Source of the DNA: Raja brachyura
Taxonomy: Eukaryota
Direction: 5' to 3'
Assembly (NCBI GenBank): GCA_963514005.1
Contig: OY740813.1
Location: forward strand, 22,444,001 to 22,508,000
DNA: 64,000 nt
The notes below the pieces were generated by a model that worked only from the letters and a program-made list of their open reading frames with translations, made no database searches and was not told the origin of the DNA. The translations under genes were made by a program, and so were the position numbers. Of the stretch, positions 25,646-39,240 are shown piece by piece. Every line of letters starts with the position of its first letter. The stretch's first letter is position 1.

Positions 25646-27423
25646 TCAAAGATAAACCTTCCCCATATGTTTTGAGATCCCTGGTTTCAGATTCATCGAT
25701 GAGGGGGGTCTTTAAGAAATTTGACCAATATTAAAAAAATCTCAGTGCAATGCTTCTATATGTTTTTTTCACATATAGCAGTATGAATTATGAATATTAC
25801 ATTGGATGAAGTTAAAATGGATAATATAATGTCAACATGTGAGTGATTACACTTTTTTGCTTAAAAATCCAGTATCATTTTTAAATGTTAAATTTGATAC
25901 CAAATGTTCATTAATTCGTTTAGGGCGCATTTTGTTAAAATTCTTAAGGTAAATTAATTGAATCTGTCTCATCAGACAACTTTAGGTCTGAACACTTTTT
26001 TTAAACAAATCAATAAGTTAAATTCTAATACATATTTTGGTGTTGAGGTTACACTACAGTTTTTATCCAGATGATAGCTTTAGTATTTATTCCAATTGCA
26101 ACTGTACCTGATCATATATCAATACAAGAAACAGCCTTGATAATAGCCCTAAGTGGAAGAAGTAACAAATGCAACACAGAGAAGAGTGTATGACAGTGGG
26201 AAGTTGAACAGGAACAAACTGTATCCTAGAGGCAGAAGAAACTACTGATGCTGAAATCATGAGCAAAACACAAAGTGTTGGAGGACTTTAGCACTTCAGG
26301 CAGCGTCTGTGAAGGGAATGGATAAGCAGTATTTTTGGTCGGGACCCTTCCTCAGACTCTATCCTGCTATTGACTAGAACTCAGTCGGTGAGGATTAAGT
26401 TCAAAGGTAAACGTAGCCTTAAAAACATGACCAAAATTATCACAGCAACCGATTTTCCCACTGGTGTAAGACCTGACTGAAACACAAACAAAAATCAATG
26501 CAACTCTCAAGGCTGCAGTACGTACTAAAACAGTACAAGACATTGGGCACAATACATACATTTATGCAGCATCCCTTACAAGTCGGAATACAAAGCAAAG
26601 AAAGCTCTGTAAGCAAAAACAATTGCAGTTTCATTGTCATCGGACCAAAGATCCTGGAAAATGACTGTGTCTTTGAGCCAGACAACACAGTAAGCTCTGG
26701 GCACAAGAAACTACAGATGCTCTGTAAACGCCCCTCCCCCCCCCCCCAATTTTGTATGCTGTGGATATAGCCAGAAGTGCAAAAATAATGCTGTCCTAAT
26801 TTGAGAATATTAACATGATAGAAATAAAAATAAATTCATAAACATTAAACTCGTGATACGAGGACAGTAGATTGGCTGGTTAACAGGTAAGAGAGAGTAG
26901 GCGTAGCTGGGTCTTGTTCTAGTAACAAGATGTAACAAGCAATGTACTACTGCAATCTCTTCACCTTCAACAGGGTTTATACAAAAGACTTGATAACGGT
27001 TTGCAAAATTTGTTGATGACACAAAGATAGGTTGCAAAGTATGTGAATAGAACATGAGGAGCCTATTAAAGGAATAAAGGGATACAAAAAGATGAGTTAA
27101 GTTACAAACATCTGGAACATGGGGTACAATGTGAGAAAATGTGAAGATGCCCATTTTGGGAGGAAGAGTAAAGATAGTGTTGATAAACGATGTAAATAAT
27201 TAGAAAAACTAACAAAATATTAATACTTATTGGCAAGGAAATTAAATAGAAAACTAGGGTGTATGATTCTATGATTCAGTTGTACAGGACATTGGCAAAA
27301 TGACAGCAGGAGTACAGTGCATAATATTGGTCTCCTCATATATTGATGGATACTAATCCATCAGTTTTTATGGTCTGTTTACCTAGTAAAACTGATACCT
27401 TTAAGATGCCTTATTGTCTTATT

Positions 27424-27629
27424 GTGTAGGAAAGAACTGCAGATGCTGGTTCATACCAAAGATATACATGCTGGGGTAACTCAAAAGGTCAGGCAGCATC
27501 TCTGGAGAAAAGGAATAGGTGACGTTTCGGTTCTCCAGATTGAAGATGGGCTTCGACCCAAAATGTCACCTGTTCCTCTTCTCCAGAGATGCTGCCTGGC
27601 CCACTGTATAACCCCAGCATTTGTGTCTA
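27424..27629. mobile_element. Penelope-derived fold-back unit
   Basis: atgctggggt...caggcagcatctctggagaaaaggaataggtgac pairs with gtcacctgttcctcttctccagagatgctgcctg...accccagcat. Confidence 0.85.
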
Positions 27630-27929
27630 ACTTTTTTTTTAATATATAGTATGTGTATTTGTTGTGTTATTGCATTAATGTGCCTGTAAAGCTCCAGCAA
27701 ACAAGAATTGCACTGTCCCGTTCCTGGTGCATATGAAAATTAAACACTCTTGACTTGTATCTTGACTCTTGAAAAGCAGCTTGCAGACGGTTTACTGGAC
27801 CAATACCTGGAATGAACAGGTTGAATGGTGGGGATACGCTAGGCTTGTATCACCGGAGATTCGGAGAGCAACATTGATTGCAGCGTGCAAGATCCTGACA
27901 GGATGGACATGCAGAAAGGTGGGGACACA

Positions 27930-28800
27930 AACAAGGAATTGCAGATGCTGGTGTACAAAAAAAAGACACAAAGTGTTGGAGTAACGCAGTGGGTCAGGCA
28001 GCATCTCTGGAGAAGGTGGCTAGATGATGTTTCAAGCTGGGTCCCTTCTTTAGACCCTTCTTTTGGAAGCACTGGGAGAGGGTTGGGGAAGAAAGCTAAT
28101 AGAGAGGACAGGGCAGGACAAATCCTGGGAGATGATAGGTGAGCGAGGAGGGAGGAGGGAGGTATTTGACAGGCAGATGGTTAGACAAAGGCCAGAGATG
28201 AAAAGACAGAAGGATTGAAGAATTGCGAATTGTGATACCAGAGAAAGGAATGTAGGCGGAAGGGAAGAGGAAAAATAGGTGTGAGTCCAGGTGGGGCACA
28301 GAGGGGTGGAAAAAATAGCGAGGATAAGGGAAGAAGGGGGTTACTGAAAATCGGAAAATTCAATGTTCATACTATTGGGTAGTAAGCTATCCAAGTGGAA
28401 TATGAGGTGCTGTTCCTCCAGTTTGCGTGTGGCCTCACTCATGCAACGGAAGCGGCCAAGGACAGAAAGATTAGTATTGGAATGGGAAGAGGAATAAAAA
28501 TGGTGACCAACTGGGAGATCCAATAGACCTTAGCAGAATGACTGCAAGTTTTTGGCAAAACAGTTGCTGAATCTACTCTTGGTCTTGCCGATGTACAGGA
28601 GGCCATATCGGGAACACTGTATGCCGTGGATGAGGTTAGAGGAGGTGCAAGTGAATCTCTGTCTCACCTGGAAGTTGAGCTCCCAGGATAGAGGTAAGGG
28701 AGGAGGTGTACGTTCAGGTGTTACATCTCCTGTGATTATTGGGGAAAGTACCTGTGGAGGGGGATGGTTTGGGTGGGAAGGGATAAGGTTGGGATAGGCT
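27930..28800 (-). mobile_element. Penelope-like element 3' part (GIY-YIG endonuclease remnant and terminal repeat) nested in a plus-strand CR1 (~26840-29190)
   Basis: ORF 28530-28922 has FQVRQRFTCTSSNLIHGIQCSRYGLLYIGKTK (GIY-YIG); ORF 28341-28523 has RKLEEQHLIFHL...PNSMNIEFS. Confidence 0.88.
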
Positions 28801-30778
28801 AAGTTTGTATGACTGCAGCTCGGGAGTGCAAGAGGGAAATTGATTGCAACATCCGAGATCCTGAACGGATGGATGTGGAGAGGATGTTTCTTTTTAAGGG
28901 AAACCCGAGAACTAGGGGCCACTGCTTAAAAGAACAAGGTCATTCACTTAAGACAGATTGATGCATTCTTCAGAGGGTTGAGTGTCTTTGGTACCCTTTT
29001 TCTCAAAATAAAGTGGGAGCAAAGTGTTTCACATTTTTAAAGTATAGATAGATCGATTCTTGATAAGGGAGTGATAGGTTACAGCAGAACACAAGATTTT
29101 ATAATCAGATCAGCCATAATCTTATTAGGTGTCGGTACAGGCTCATTGGCTAAGTGAGCAGCTAAGAAGTATGCCTTTTCCTTATTTGTACGTTACATGC
29201 ATTTCAACATGCCTAGTTACCTCAATGTATTCACAGAACGGTACAGGAACAGGCCCTTCGGCCCTTAATGTCCATGCTGAACATGATGCCAAGGTAAACT
29301 AATCTCATCTGACTGAAATGGTCCATACCCCCACATCCCTGCATATCCATGTTCCTCTCTAAAACCCTCCTAAACACCTCCATCAAACTGTTTCCACTGC
29401 CACCATCCCTGGCATTTTTATCGCCTTTAATTTGGAAACATAGTGCTTTCTTTTCTAATCCCTGTTTTCGGTCTCAGTAAATTTAACTTTGAAAACGTTT
29501 CTTTCCTTGGCTTTCCTTCACCAAGGCACAAAACTGAATTGTCTTTCATGTTGTGAAAACTCGAACAGCAAGCCAGTTTGCCAAACAACTCAAAGCCCCG
29601 AAACTTTAAAGGTTCACTCACACATTGTCTGGGGTTGGCAAAACAGGGAGCATCGTAACTGTCAAGCAAACCTGGCCACGGTGCCAGAGGTCCACTTCCT
29701 CTTAACCAAGGCTTGGCACAACTCTCCAACCGCAAATGTCACAAGGGAGCTGATGTACCAGGTTATTGTCAATGCTGCTCTATAATATGGTTGTAACAAG
29801 GTTCGTGAATGTCAGCCAACCACTCATTTGATCTCGGTGGTAAGATTCCAAGATTGCTCTTGGCACAGCAGGCTAAGAATGGGAAGTAATCGCTTCTTCC
29901 ATCAGTAAATTAACAGATTAATTAAGGGACGTTAACGTGTTGGATTCAACTATTGTGATTAATTAAACAAAACTATCAAAAACATTTTACTTTTTCCAAA
30001 CAGCATCTCATTAAAATCATACTTAACACTTCTAAATATGTTTTCAACAAACCACAGCTTTACGTAACTCAACCATAACATGTCAGCTTACGCAATAATA
30101 AGTACTTAATAATAATAAACAATGACATTATTAAAAACATCAAAACAAAAATTTCTCAAAGGATCTACAGAGGGCGCTTTTGAGTAGGTACAAGAGTCTG
30201 CATTTAGTGTTTTTAAAAACAAATTATAGCTGGTCTTAAATAGCTTATTTAAAGTTTTTTTTTAAAAGCTAACATTGAAATTGAAGATACTTAGATTACA
30301 GGATTAATGAGATTGCAAATATAATTGGGCCAATGCCATTCTTTAAAATAAAATGTTCCTCACTAATTTTAAATGAGCTCCTTTTCCTTTTCTCGTTAAC
30401 TTATAATTAACACTGCCAAAGTCTGGTGAATAATACTGGAGTACATACGACCAGGATGGTATGTGTAAACCACCCATGGCTGTATTCTGCTAAAGTGAAG
30501 ATCTAATTTACAACTTTTCTCGGGCACTTGACTGCTTTTAACTTCAGGAAAATAACAGAATTATGAAGACACTGAGCAGAATTTTGATTCGAAGCACCTG
30601 CGGTGAATTACAATACCAGCTTAACAGGCAAATAAAAACAGTTTCCTCATTTTTATGTGCAGGGGGGGATGCTTTAAACAAGATTTTAAAGGCACAGAAT
30701 ACAACTAAATTTCTTTGTTATTTTCCAGAGCAATTTTATGGCATCTTTATCTCGTAAACTTTGCAATGATAACAGTAC

Positions 30779-30828
30779 CTGTCCACATAGAAAGGGAAGC
30801 AAAACTTGGTCAATGTCTGCAGAACTTC
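30779..30828 (-). CDS. DENND1A: DENND1A internal coding exon (human exon 4 equivalent), 50 nt, phase 0-2
   Basis: Minus strand reads ttctctgttttctctccacag|GAAGTTCTGCAGACATTGACCAAGTTTTGCTTCCCTTTCTATGTGGACAG|gtactg, giving EVLQTLTKFCFPFYVD(S), identical to the recalled human DENND1A segment. It splices in frame to 15419-15538. Confidence 0.97.
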
Positions 30829-33800
30829 CTGTGGAGAGAAAACAGAGAATTTATGCATCTTGTGAGGCCAGTAAATGTAATATTAACTACACCAAACAAT
30901 TACACCTTCCACCCAGCACCCCCCCCCCCCCCACCCCCCACTGCCACCCGCAACATTACACCCCACACTCTGTTGCTCAATGGCAAAATTCGAGGCAGAT
31001 AAAGTTGTGGGGGGAGAGAATGACTTATCAATTACAGAAGGCAGCAAGCAATCAGTTATAATAACAAATAATATCAAACTTCATTAAATATGGAAAAAAA
31101 TGATCAAGATTCACACATGAACAGGCTGCAGGGGCTATTTCATGCAAGCTCCTGGGGGATTGGAGGCTGGGATGCTGAGTGTTAACACCCCTCCTGGGAT
31201 TGCTCGCAGCCTGACCATATGGATCATACTAAATAACACCAGCCACATGGGTTTATCTCGGCCCAGACTGCCACTCCTGCCAGAGCTTTGGCTGTTACCT
31301 AGAAACTGGGGCTGATGGGATTAGAAAACCCATGGTACAGTATGACAAAAGAGGAGCCCAAAGAAAGCAGCAGCTTTCTCCATTTTATCTTTTTTGTTAA
31401 AGTTCGAAATATGAAACCTTACACACTTTTGTAATGAAAAGCAATGAAGGTTTTTTTTAATGTTGTTCTTCCACTATATATAGATGATTATGTTTAGAGC
31501 ATATATCATTTTCCAAGTGCCTACCACTGAGACAATATAATCAATAAAAATGCTGAGGAGCACAATACCTGTATAGCATTGAGGGGGCAGGAAAGGCAGG
31601 GCAACTTTGGAAAATAAATATCTGAAAGGGTTGCGATATTGCTATCAATGAAACATAATTTAATAACAAAATTCAAAATTATGCCTCAAATAAATGATTG
31701 CTTTCATACACGCAGAAAAAAAGTACATCATATATTAATATCTATATATCTGCCAATATTTAAATCATAATTAAAGCTCTTTGAAATTCTGAATTGAGAT
31801 CATTTGAACTTTTTTTGCATTGTTATAATTATTTTCTCTCGCATTCAAGTTAAATATCTTCTTGCCTTTGTATTTGACAGTACATCAAAACATCAAACAT
31901 AACTGCTTTAAGAACAGATACACTTATCAATTTAGCAGCTGCACAATATCAAAAGCTTTTCAAAACTTACTTTTCTTTAAAGGAAACTATTTACCTCCAG
32001 GTGGGGGAGAATATTTTTTATGTATAGTAAATCCTCGTTGCACTAAGATGACATTTGTGTGTCCGAAGCTTTACAGTTTTCACTGCACAAACACTTTTCA
32101 TAAAATGGTTTGTAATGTTAATTACATCTTCACTTTATATTCATACATTTTACATGTGGATGAAAAATAGCTAATTAAATTTTCCCATGGTCCCAGCAAA
32201 CCAGTTCAAGCTGTGGCTGGATTGCCTAAAGCCAATTTGGACCTTGCTGATAAATTAAACATTACTTTGCACATGGAACAGTTCTCTATCGAGTGTTCTT
32301 GAATGCTGAGCATTATAAATTCTGGCAGTGACTTCAGTTTAAACAGTCTGTCCACTTGATTGCACAGTCAGAGCAAAACATGCAAGTCTTTAATTCCGTC
32401 AACAGGTTCTTCGACGATAGTATTCCTTCTAAATCATACAATGTAATTTTGTAACGATAGCTGTAATCAAGTGACAACAAAGAGTTTGCTTTGTGATCCA
32501 CAGCTCATTTACTCTATCACCCATGTCTTGCAACAGACTTCCCATCCACTAATTACCATATGCACCTTAATGTAACCTCCAAATCCTGAACTATGATTTT
32601 TCTTTTGATGCAAATGTAACTCCAACCCGATTAGTAGATGTGGTGCCAGAACAGTTTCTAAGGCAATGCAAAGTAACTGATTTGGATAGCAAGCTTTATT
32701 CCACCAGTTCACTAGTTTCTCATCTCTAGAGGTTTTGCATATATCCCCAAAATACCTTATTGATACCTGTAATACAATTGTTAATAATTTTCAATGTATC
32801 TATAAAAATTAAGGACATTTATTCAACGTAGTATTGATTGGTGTGCTGTGACTCACATTCTTATATGTATCCATTAGTTGATTGGTAACTTTCAAGACCT
32901 TAAAAATAGCTAAAGTTGTTTTGTTGCTTTGCACCTCATTTTGTTCAATTGTATTCTGAAAATAATATCTGCAATAATTGTAAATATAGCTAGCAAGTAC
33001 TCTTCTTGCTAATGTGTTGTTTTACCAATATAGATGACTGCTGACAGAAACTATATCATCAGATCATCCATGATCACATTGAATGGCGGTGCTGGCTCGA
33101 AAGGGCCGAATGGCCTACTCCTGCACCTATTGTCTATTGTCTATCACAAAGAAAATATTTTTCCAAGCCAATTTTATCAGTGAATTATATTTCATGAATA
33201 TCATAGAACTCTCTACACATAATGCTTTGAGCAACAGAGGATTAAGCTAGATCAGGTGTCTTTTTTATAGAATGGACAGTATTATTAAATATATTGTAAT
33301 CTTTGCACTCAAATAATTTTATATGTGACAATAAATTTAAAAAGCTTAACGTCTGTGCATGTTAGGTAACACGAGCCTCAGGCAGAGAGAAAACGAAAAT
33401 CACGGAAAATATATACATTGCATTTAAACACAAATTACTAATTGCAAAAAAAATATCATGAGTCTTGACGTTCAAATATAAAGGTAAATAAACAGAGCAG
33501 GTGTCAAAGTATTTGCTCTATGCATAATGAAGCAGCATTATTTTGATATGCTGCAAATCAGTAGGGCATTAAACCACGTTAAACATCATAGTTAAACCAT
33601 GCTTTATCCATTTTATATGTTTGTAAAGATAACAGGATCATACTTCTGAAAATTCTATTGTTTCTAATTTCATCTATCATTTAGATTGTGATTTGGTTTC
33701 TGGCTTGTTATTTTGAACAGGAAACTGTTATGTACCAACCAGTCACATTTGCAAAGAGTAGGGCATGATCCACATCTCTTGTGGGATTCAGAGCAGCCAT

Positions 33801-34539
33801 GTCACTGCTGGCTTTAGGACATGCACCACCTGTCTCCATTTCCCCCAGGTTCCACTCTTTTCATTATCAAACTACTGCTGACATTATAAGCTTCACATGC
33901 ACTGTCTAAAATCCCCACCGATCAATATTTCCAACCGTACACGTATTGATGAATACAGCTCATCGATTAGGTTAGCTTCAAATTGCAAAGTTTTAAGCAA
34001 AAATACTTAAAGGTGCTGACTTCAAACAAAATTCTACTGTGCAAAATATTCGATTGGTCATGAATTTATTCTTCTCTTCCATATTAATAAAGGTTTTCAT
34101 TCATTTTCAACAAACTAAAATCAGTGTACATCACTGCACTGGAGTCACAACATTGTGCTTTGAAACGGGTATTTGTCAACTAATGGTTATAAGAACACGA
34201 TTTTTATTATTGGGCACTGGCTATCAGACCAAAATAAACTCGTTTCAAATGCATCTACTAGCTCTGCCTAAACACAAACTTTGAATCTTATAAAGAATGC
34301 ACCTTCATTGTTCAATCATGAAATTATGATATTCTACAGAAACAAAGCAATTTTCAATCATAATCAGTTTAACAATAACTTAATTTGAAACAATAATTTC
34401 TGCTAAGATTTAACATCAAGCACCTTAAGAGAGCTTCAATATGCAAGTTAATTCCTACATTTTGATTTGGTTTAATTGTGTTAATTGAACTTCTTTGAAC
34501 AGGTTCACCAACATTCACTATTTAAAGCAGGAGAATTTA

Positions 34540-34845
34540 GGGCGGTGACAGTGGCGCAGCGGTAGAGTTGCTGCCTAACAGCGCTTGCAGCGCAGGAGAC
34601 CCGGGTTCGATCCCGACTATGGGTACTGTCTGTACGGAGTTTGTACGTTCTGCCCGTGACCTGCGTGGGCTTTCTCCGAGATCGTCGGTTTCCTCCCACA
34701 CTCCAAAGACGTACAGGTTTGTAGGTTAATTGGCTTTGTAAATGTAAAAATTGTCCCCAGTGGGTGGAGGATAATGTTAATGTGCGGGGATCGCTGGGCC
34801 GAAGGGCCTGTTTTCACGCTCTAAACTAAGGGAAACTAAACTAAA
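34540..34845 (+). mobile_element. Well-preserved tRNA-derived V-SINE/HE1-like SINE with intact Pol III A and B boxes
   Basis: A box TGGCGCAGCGG 34552-34562; B box GGTTCGATCC 34604-34613; central domain ggtttcctcccacactccaaagac; CR1-type tail gggccgaagggcctg and (ctaaa)n. Confidence 0.92.
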
Positions 34846-35599
34846 ATTAAAGAAGGAAGTGATGCTGATCAGAATTTACTAACATATTTTATTCCACACG
34901 ATTAGCAGACCTGGCAATCATTCCTGTTACACCAACTCGGTTCTGAAAATATTCCAGTTGAAATCAACTATCTACAAGCTCAGAATTATCAGCAAATTCA
35001 AATGCTATGTTTTTCCTTTCACTTATTACTGTTTCTTTACAAATGTTTTGTTGAAAGCACGAGAATCAATGAGGAAGCTGTCTCCAAGGCATAAAGAGCT
35101 CGGAAACATGAGATAAATGAATACCCTTCACTGCCAGCTTTTCAATCTTCACTTAACTGTTTTTTAAAACACTGAGCTTTTTGCAGTTAATGAATTGCAA
35201 ATGTGAAAACTTTTTACCATATTGAACTTAATTTTGTGAAATGTTTTCTTATAGTGTGCAAAGAAATGGCAGACAGAAATGTTATAATTATCAGATACGT
35301 CCATAATTCTATTCAAATGTTTTTTTTCAAAAGGACAAGATTCACAAAGACTTGCAGTAAAGGAGACAGCAATTCAGCACACCATGTTTTGCCAGTTCTT
35401 TGAAAGAGCTTCCTAATGAGTCCCAATAAAACCCACAAATATGTACTTGCACACTAGTATTATTTTTCTTTTCACTACCTGATATACTACGTATAGTTTA
35501 ATTGTACTTAAGTGTAGTACGATTTTGCAGGGTAGCACACAAACCAAGGTTTTTCACTGTCTCTCAGTGCAGGTGGCAATAATAAACCAATACTAATGC

Positions 35600-36570
35600 C
35601 AATTACATAACATTCGCACCATACTTGTGCTGGGCAATAACAATATCAAACAAAAGAAAGCCCACCTATCACTCCCTTATATTCAATGGCGTTACGGTCA
35701 TCCATCTACAAGGCTCAAGTCTGGAGTGTGAGGAAATACTGTCCACTTGCCTAGTTGAGTGCAGCTTCAACAACACTCAAGCAGCTTGGCACTATACAGG
35801 ACAACACAGTGGCGCAGTAGCAGAATTGCTGTCTTACAGTGCCAGAGAACCAGGTTCGATCCTCACTATGGGTGCTGTCTGTACGGAGTTTATATGTTCT
35901 CTCTGTGGGCACATGGGTTTTCTCTGGGTGCCCCAGTTTCCTCCCACATTCCAAAAGCGTGCAGGTGTGTGGGTTAATTGGCTTCTGTAAATTGTCCCTA
36001 CTGTGCAGGATAGAACTGCTATATTGGTGATCTTTGATTGGTGCGGACTCATTGGGTTCCATGCTGTAAACCCCAAACCAAAAATGGAGGTAGACAATCT
36101 GAAGAAGGGTTTCGGCCCGACCTTCGCTCCATAGATGCTGCCGCACCCGCTGAGTTTCTCCAGCATTTTTGCCTACCAAAAATGAATTTGTCCACCTGAC
36201 AGGGCCCCAATCCACATCAGTCCATTCACTCAATCCATCATCATCGCACAGTTTTCACTATCTACACAATGCACTGTAGCAACACACCACGATTGTTTCG
36301 ACAGCACCTTACAAACCCCAACATTTTACTTACTAGGAGGACCAGGGCAGCCAAGGTATGAGGGCACTAACAGCTGCCCTCCAAGCTGCACGCCATTCTG
36401 ACTTGGAAATATAGCACTTTTCCTTCACCGTCACCAGGTCAAAATCCTGAAACACTCTCCCTAACAACAGTGGAGGTAAATCCACAGCTCAAAGACTGCG
36501 ATAGTTCAAAAAGACAGCTCACTATCCTCAAGGGCAACTAGGAATGGGCATTTAGATATTGCCTCAGCTG
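35600..36570 (+). mobile_element. Old LINE 3' region interrupted by a SINE (~35800-36090) and a Penelope terminal fragment (~36095-36180)
   Basis: SINE head gtggcgcagtagcagaattgctg...ggttcgatcc; tctgaagaagggtttcggcccga; LINE tail shared with 12705-12962. Confidence 0.75.
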
Positions 36571-37712
36571 ATTGCATTTTGCCATGGCTGGCACAAAGTT
36601 ACATTCTATCTTACAAAGTTCATTCTTCCACATTTTTTGTAATGTTTTTTAAACCTCCATGCCAAAGTGACTCATGGTTCAGCTCTGCACAACGTATTCA
36701 GGCTCACTACTGCTCTCACGTTGTCTCTACCAAACAATTTCTTCTTTGCACAGCCAGATTTGCCCGACTGAGTAGCTGCATGCAAGCCTCTTTCAGTCCT
36801 CTTGTTAAAATGTGTTCATCAGTTATATCCAGTACAAATCTGATGGCAGCGGATTTGTGAAAGTGATTTCTGGCCCCAAAGTTAAATGTGAATCAATGTT
36901 TCCACGGATTGTTTATTTTTAAATCTGCTCTATCAATTACTTAAGGTAGACACAAAATATCTCACAATATTAACACATGAGACTTATTCGACAGTTATCC
37001 TTCAATCAACTCCATTTATCTCACTAGAAGGATCTCGACCCGAAACATCGCCTATCTCCTTCGCTCCTTAGATGCTGCTGCACCCGCTGAGTTTCTCCAG
37101 CTTTTTGTGTAACCCCCCATTTATCTCACTACCACTTGCAGGATCTTACTATGTGTACGGCACTATTTTGCCGTGCCTGCTACAAAATAAGGAATCCAAT
37201 TTAACAGAGGCTGGTAAATGCTCCAATATGCATTTTTTTTCTTTGAACATTAGCAAACAATCTGATCTTATCATCTCTAGTGCATTTACCCTGAGAAGGC
37301 TGCCCCATTGGAAATAGAAGGTTAATTGCTTGACATCAAAAGACTCTACTCTTAACAACTTAGTAAAGGTTAATACTGAGTTGATTCATTTAAATCCACG
37401 GTATTTTTTATTTCAGTAAAGAAAATTAAGCCTAGGAAATCTTGCATATCATCAACCAAAGCATTCCTATCCATAATCACTTTTCCTATTCATTGCATTG
37501 TCCTTTCCAGGCTTTGGGAACATTTTCTGCAAGTTTGGGAAGGCTCATAAATGGCATTGTTGCCTCACTGACGACAACGTTTTACACCCAAACTAATCTT
37601 GGCAGCAGCAGCAGATCAAGATGTATGTTAACCAAGTAGAAGCTTCATGCAAAATCAAAAGCTCCGTGACATGCTCTCAGGCAACTTCCAAAGACAAATA
37701 GTTGGGCAGAGT

Positions 37713-38045
37713 AGGTGGCACAGTGGCACGGCCAGCAGAGCTGCTGCTTCACAGCTCCAGAGAGCCAAGTTCAATCCTGATCGATCAATCCTGCTGTCTG
37801 TGTGTGGAGTTTACACATTCTCCCTGTGACTGTGTGGGTTTCTTCCGGTTGCTCAGTCTTCCCCCCCCCCCCATCTCTCAAACACACATAGGTTGGCAGG
37901 TTAATGTTTCATTGTATATTCCCCCTTGCACAAGTACAATCTAGGAAGAAATGATAGCAATGTTGGGAGAAGAAAATGGGTTAGCATAGGACTTGTGTGA
38001 AAATGGCATGGAAGGACTTGAGTCTACGCTTCAAGACCATGACAT
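37713..38045 (+). mobile_element. SINE (older)
   Basis: ggtggcacagtggcac...gagctgctgcttcacagctccagagagccaagttcaatcc head followed by V-domain-like body. Confidence 0.75.
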
Positions 38046-38389
38046 TTCCTTTTGCCCAACTGTTTACTTCAGTTATAAAATTTATAAAATGACCTACCCA
38101 ATTGGAGGCTCATGTGGAATAAAGAACATACACCAAGAATCAGACGGATCACCAACACAGATGTGCAAACTTAAGGGGGATAAGAATTGTTGAAAAAAAT
38201 GTTGCAACCCCAGCCAAGCATATACATGTCTGCCTTTGTGTTCGCTCAGTGTGTTTGGGTATATTTCCCCAAATGGAAGTAAAGTAGCACATTTATTGCA
38301 TGCGAGGCTCAATTTGTATGTATTAGTTTCTGTTAAGATCTAGAAACACAGTTTTGAAAGGAGGTAGGAGCTGCAAAGGAGTTTATCTG

Positions 38390-39240
38390 TAGACATAAGG
38401 AACTGCAGATGCTGGTTTACAAAAAAAAATTACTATGTTCTGGAATAACACAGCGGGTCAGGCTGCATCTCAGGAGAACAGGGATTGGTGACATTTCGGG
38501 GTGGGACCTGATTTGGGGAAGAAACTTGAAAGAGAGGTGGGGGCAGGACAAAGCTTGTCAAGGGATAATACAGGTGAGGGAGGAGGGGTCATCGGCAGAG
38601 ATAAAACCGTCTGGGTGGAAAGGGATGAGTGAACCAAGGAGTTAAGGAGGGAACGGTCTCTGTAGAAGGTGGAAAAGGGTTGGGGTGAGAAGATGTGGCT
38701 GGTGGTGGGATCATGTCGAAGGTGGCAGAAATGACATTGAAAGGATGTGTTGAATGTCGAGGCAAACGGGGTGAAAGGTGAGGGCCAAGGAAAGTCTATC
38801 CTTGTTCAGTTTGGGGGGGAGGGGGAGCAAGAGCAGAACTACAGGAAACAGCGGAGATGCAGGTGGGGGCTCCATCTATGACAGAGTTGGTGAAACCATG
38901 TTTACTAAAGTGGACACATCAGATGTTCTAGAATGGAAAGCTTCAGTATGGGCAGCATCTTTGTGAGAGACAGCGTGGAAGGAGGTGTAGTCCAGATAAC
39001 TGTGGGACCCAGTGGGTTTACAGTAGATGTCAGTTGATAGTCCCCTGTCATGAAGACAAAAAGATCAAGAAAGGGAAGAGAGGTGCCAGAGATAGCCCAA
39101 GTGGATTTGATGGCGGGGTTAGTGGTAAAGTTAATTCATGAGTTCTGTGTGAGGACAAGTGGCAGCCTTGATGCAGTTGTTGGTGAAAGAGTTGGGGAGT
39201 GGTGCCAGTGTACATTTGGAACAAGGACTGTTCGGCACAA
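38390..39240 (-). mobile_element. Decayed Penelope-like element
   Basis: Terminal repeat aaggaactgcagatgctgg; internal gtgggtttacagtagatgtcagt (reverse of the TDIY.KP motif); homologous to 21050-21540. Confidence 0.78.

Larger units (their letters stand above)
15539..30778 (-). other. DENND1A: DENND1A intron between the two exons (15,240 nt, GT-AG)
   Basis: GT donor at 30778-30777 and AG acceptor at 15540-15539 on the minus strand; the flanking exons give a continuous reading frame. Confidence 0.93.

Noticed and set aside
34540-34620. tRNA gene
   Set aside because: A and B boxes are followed by SINE body and tail; this is a multi-copy SINE head.
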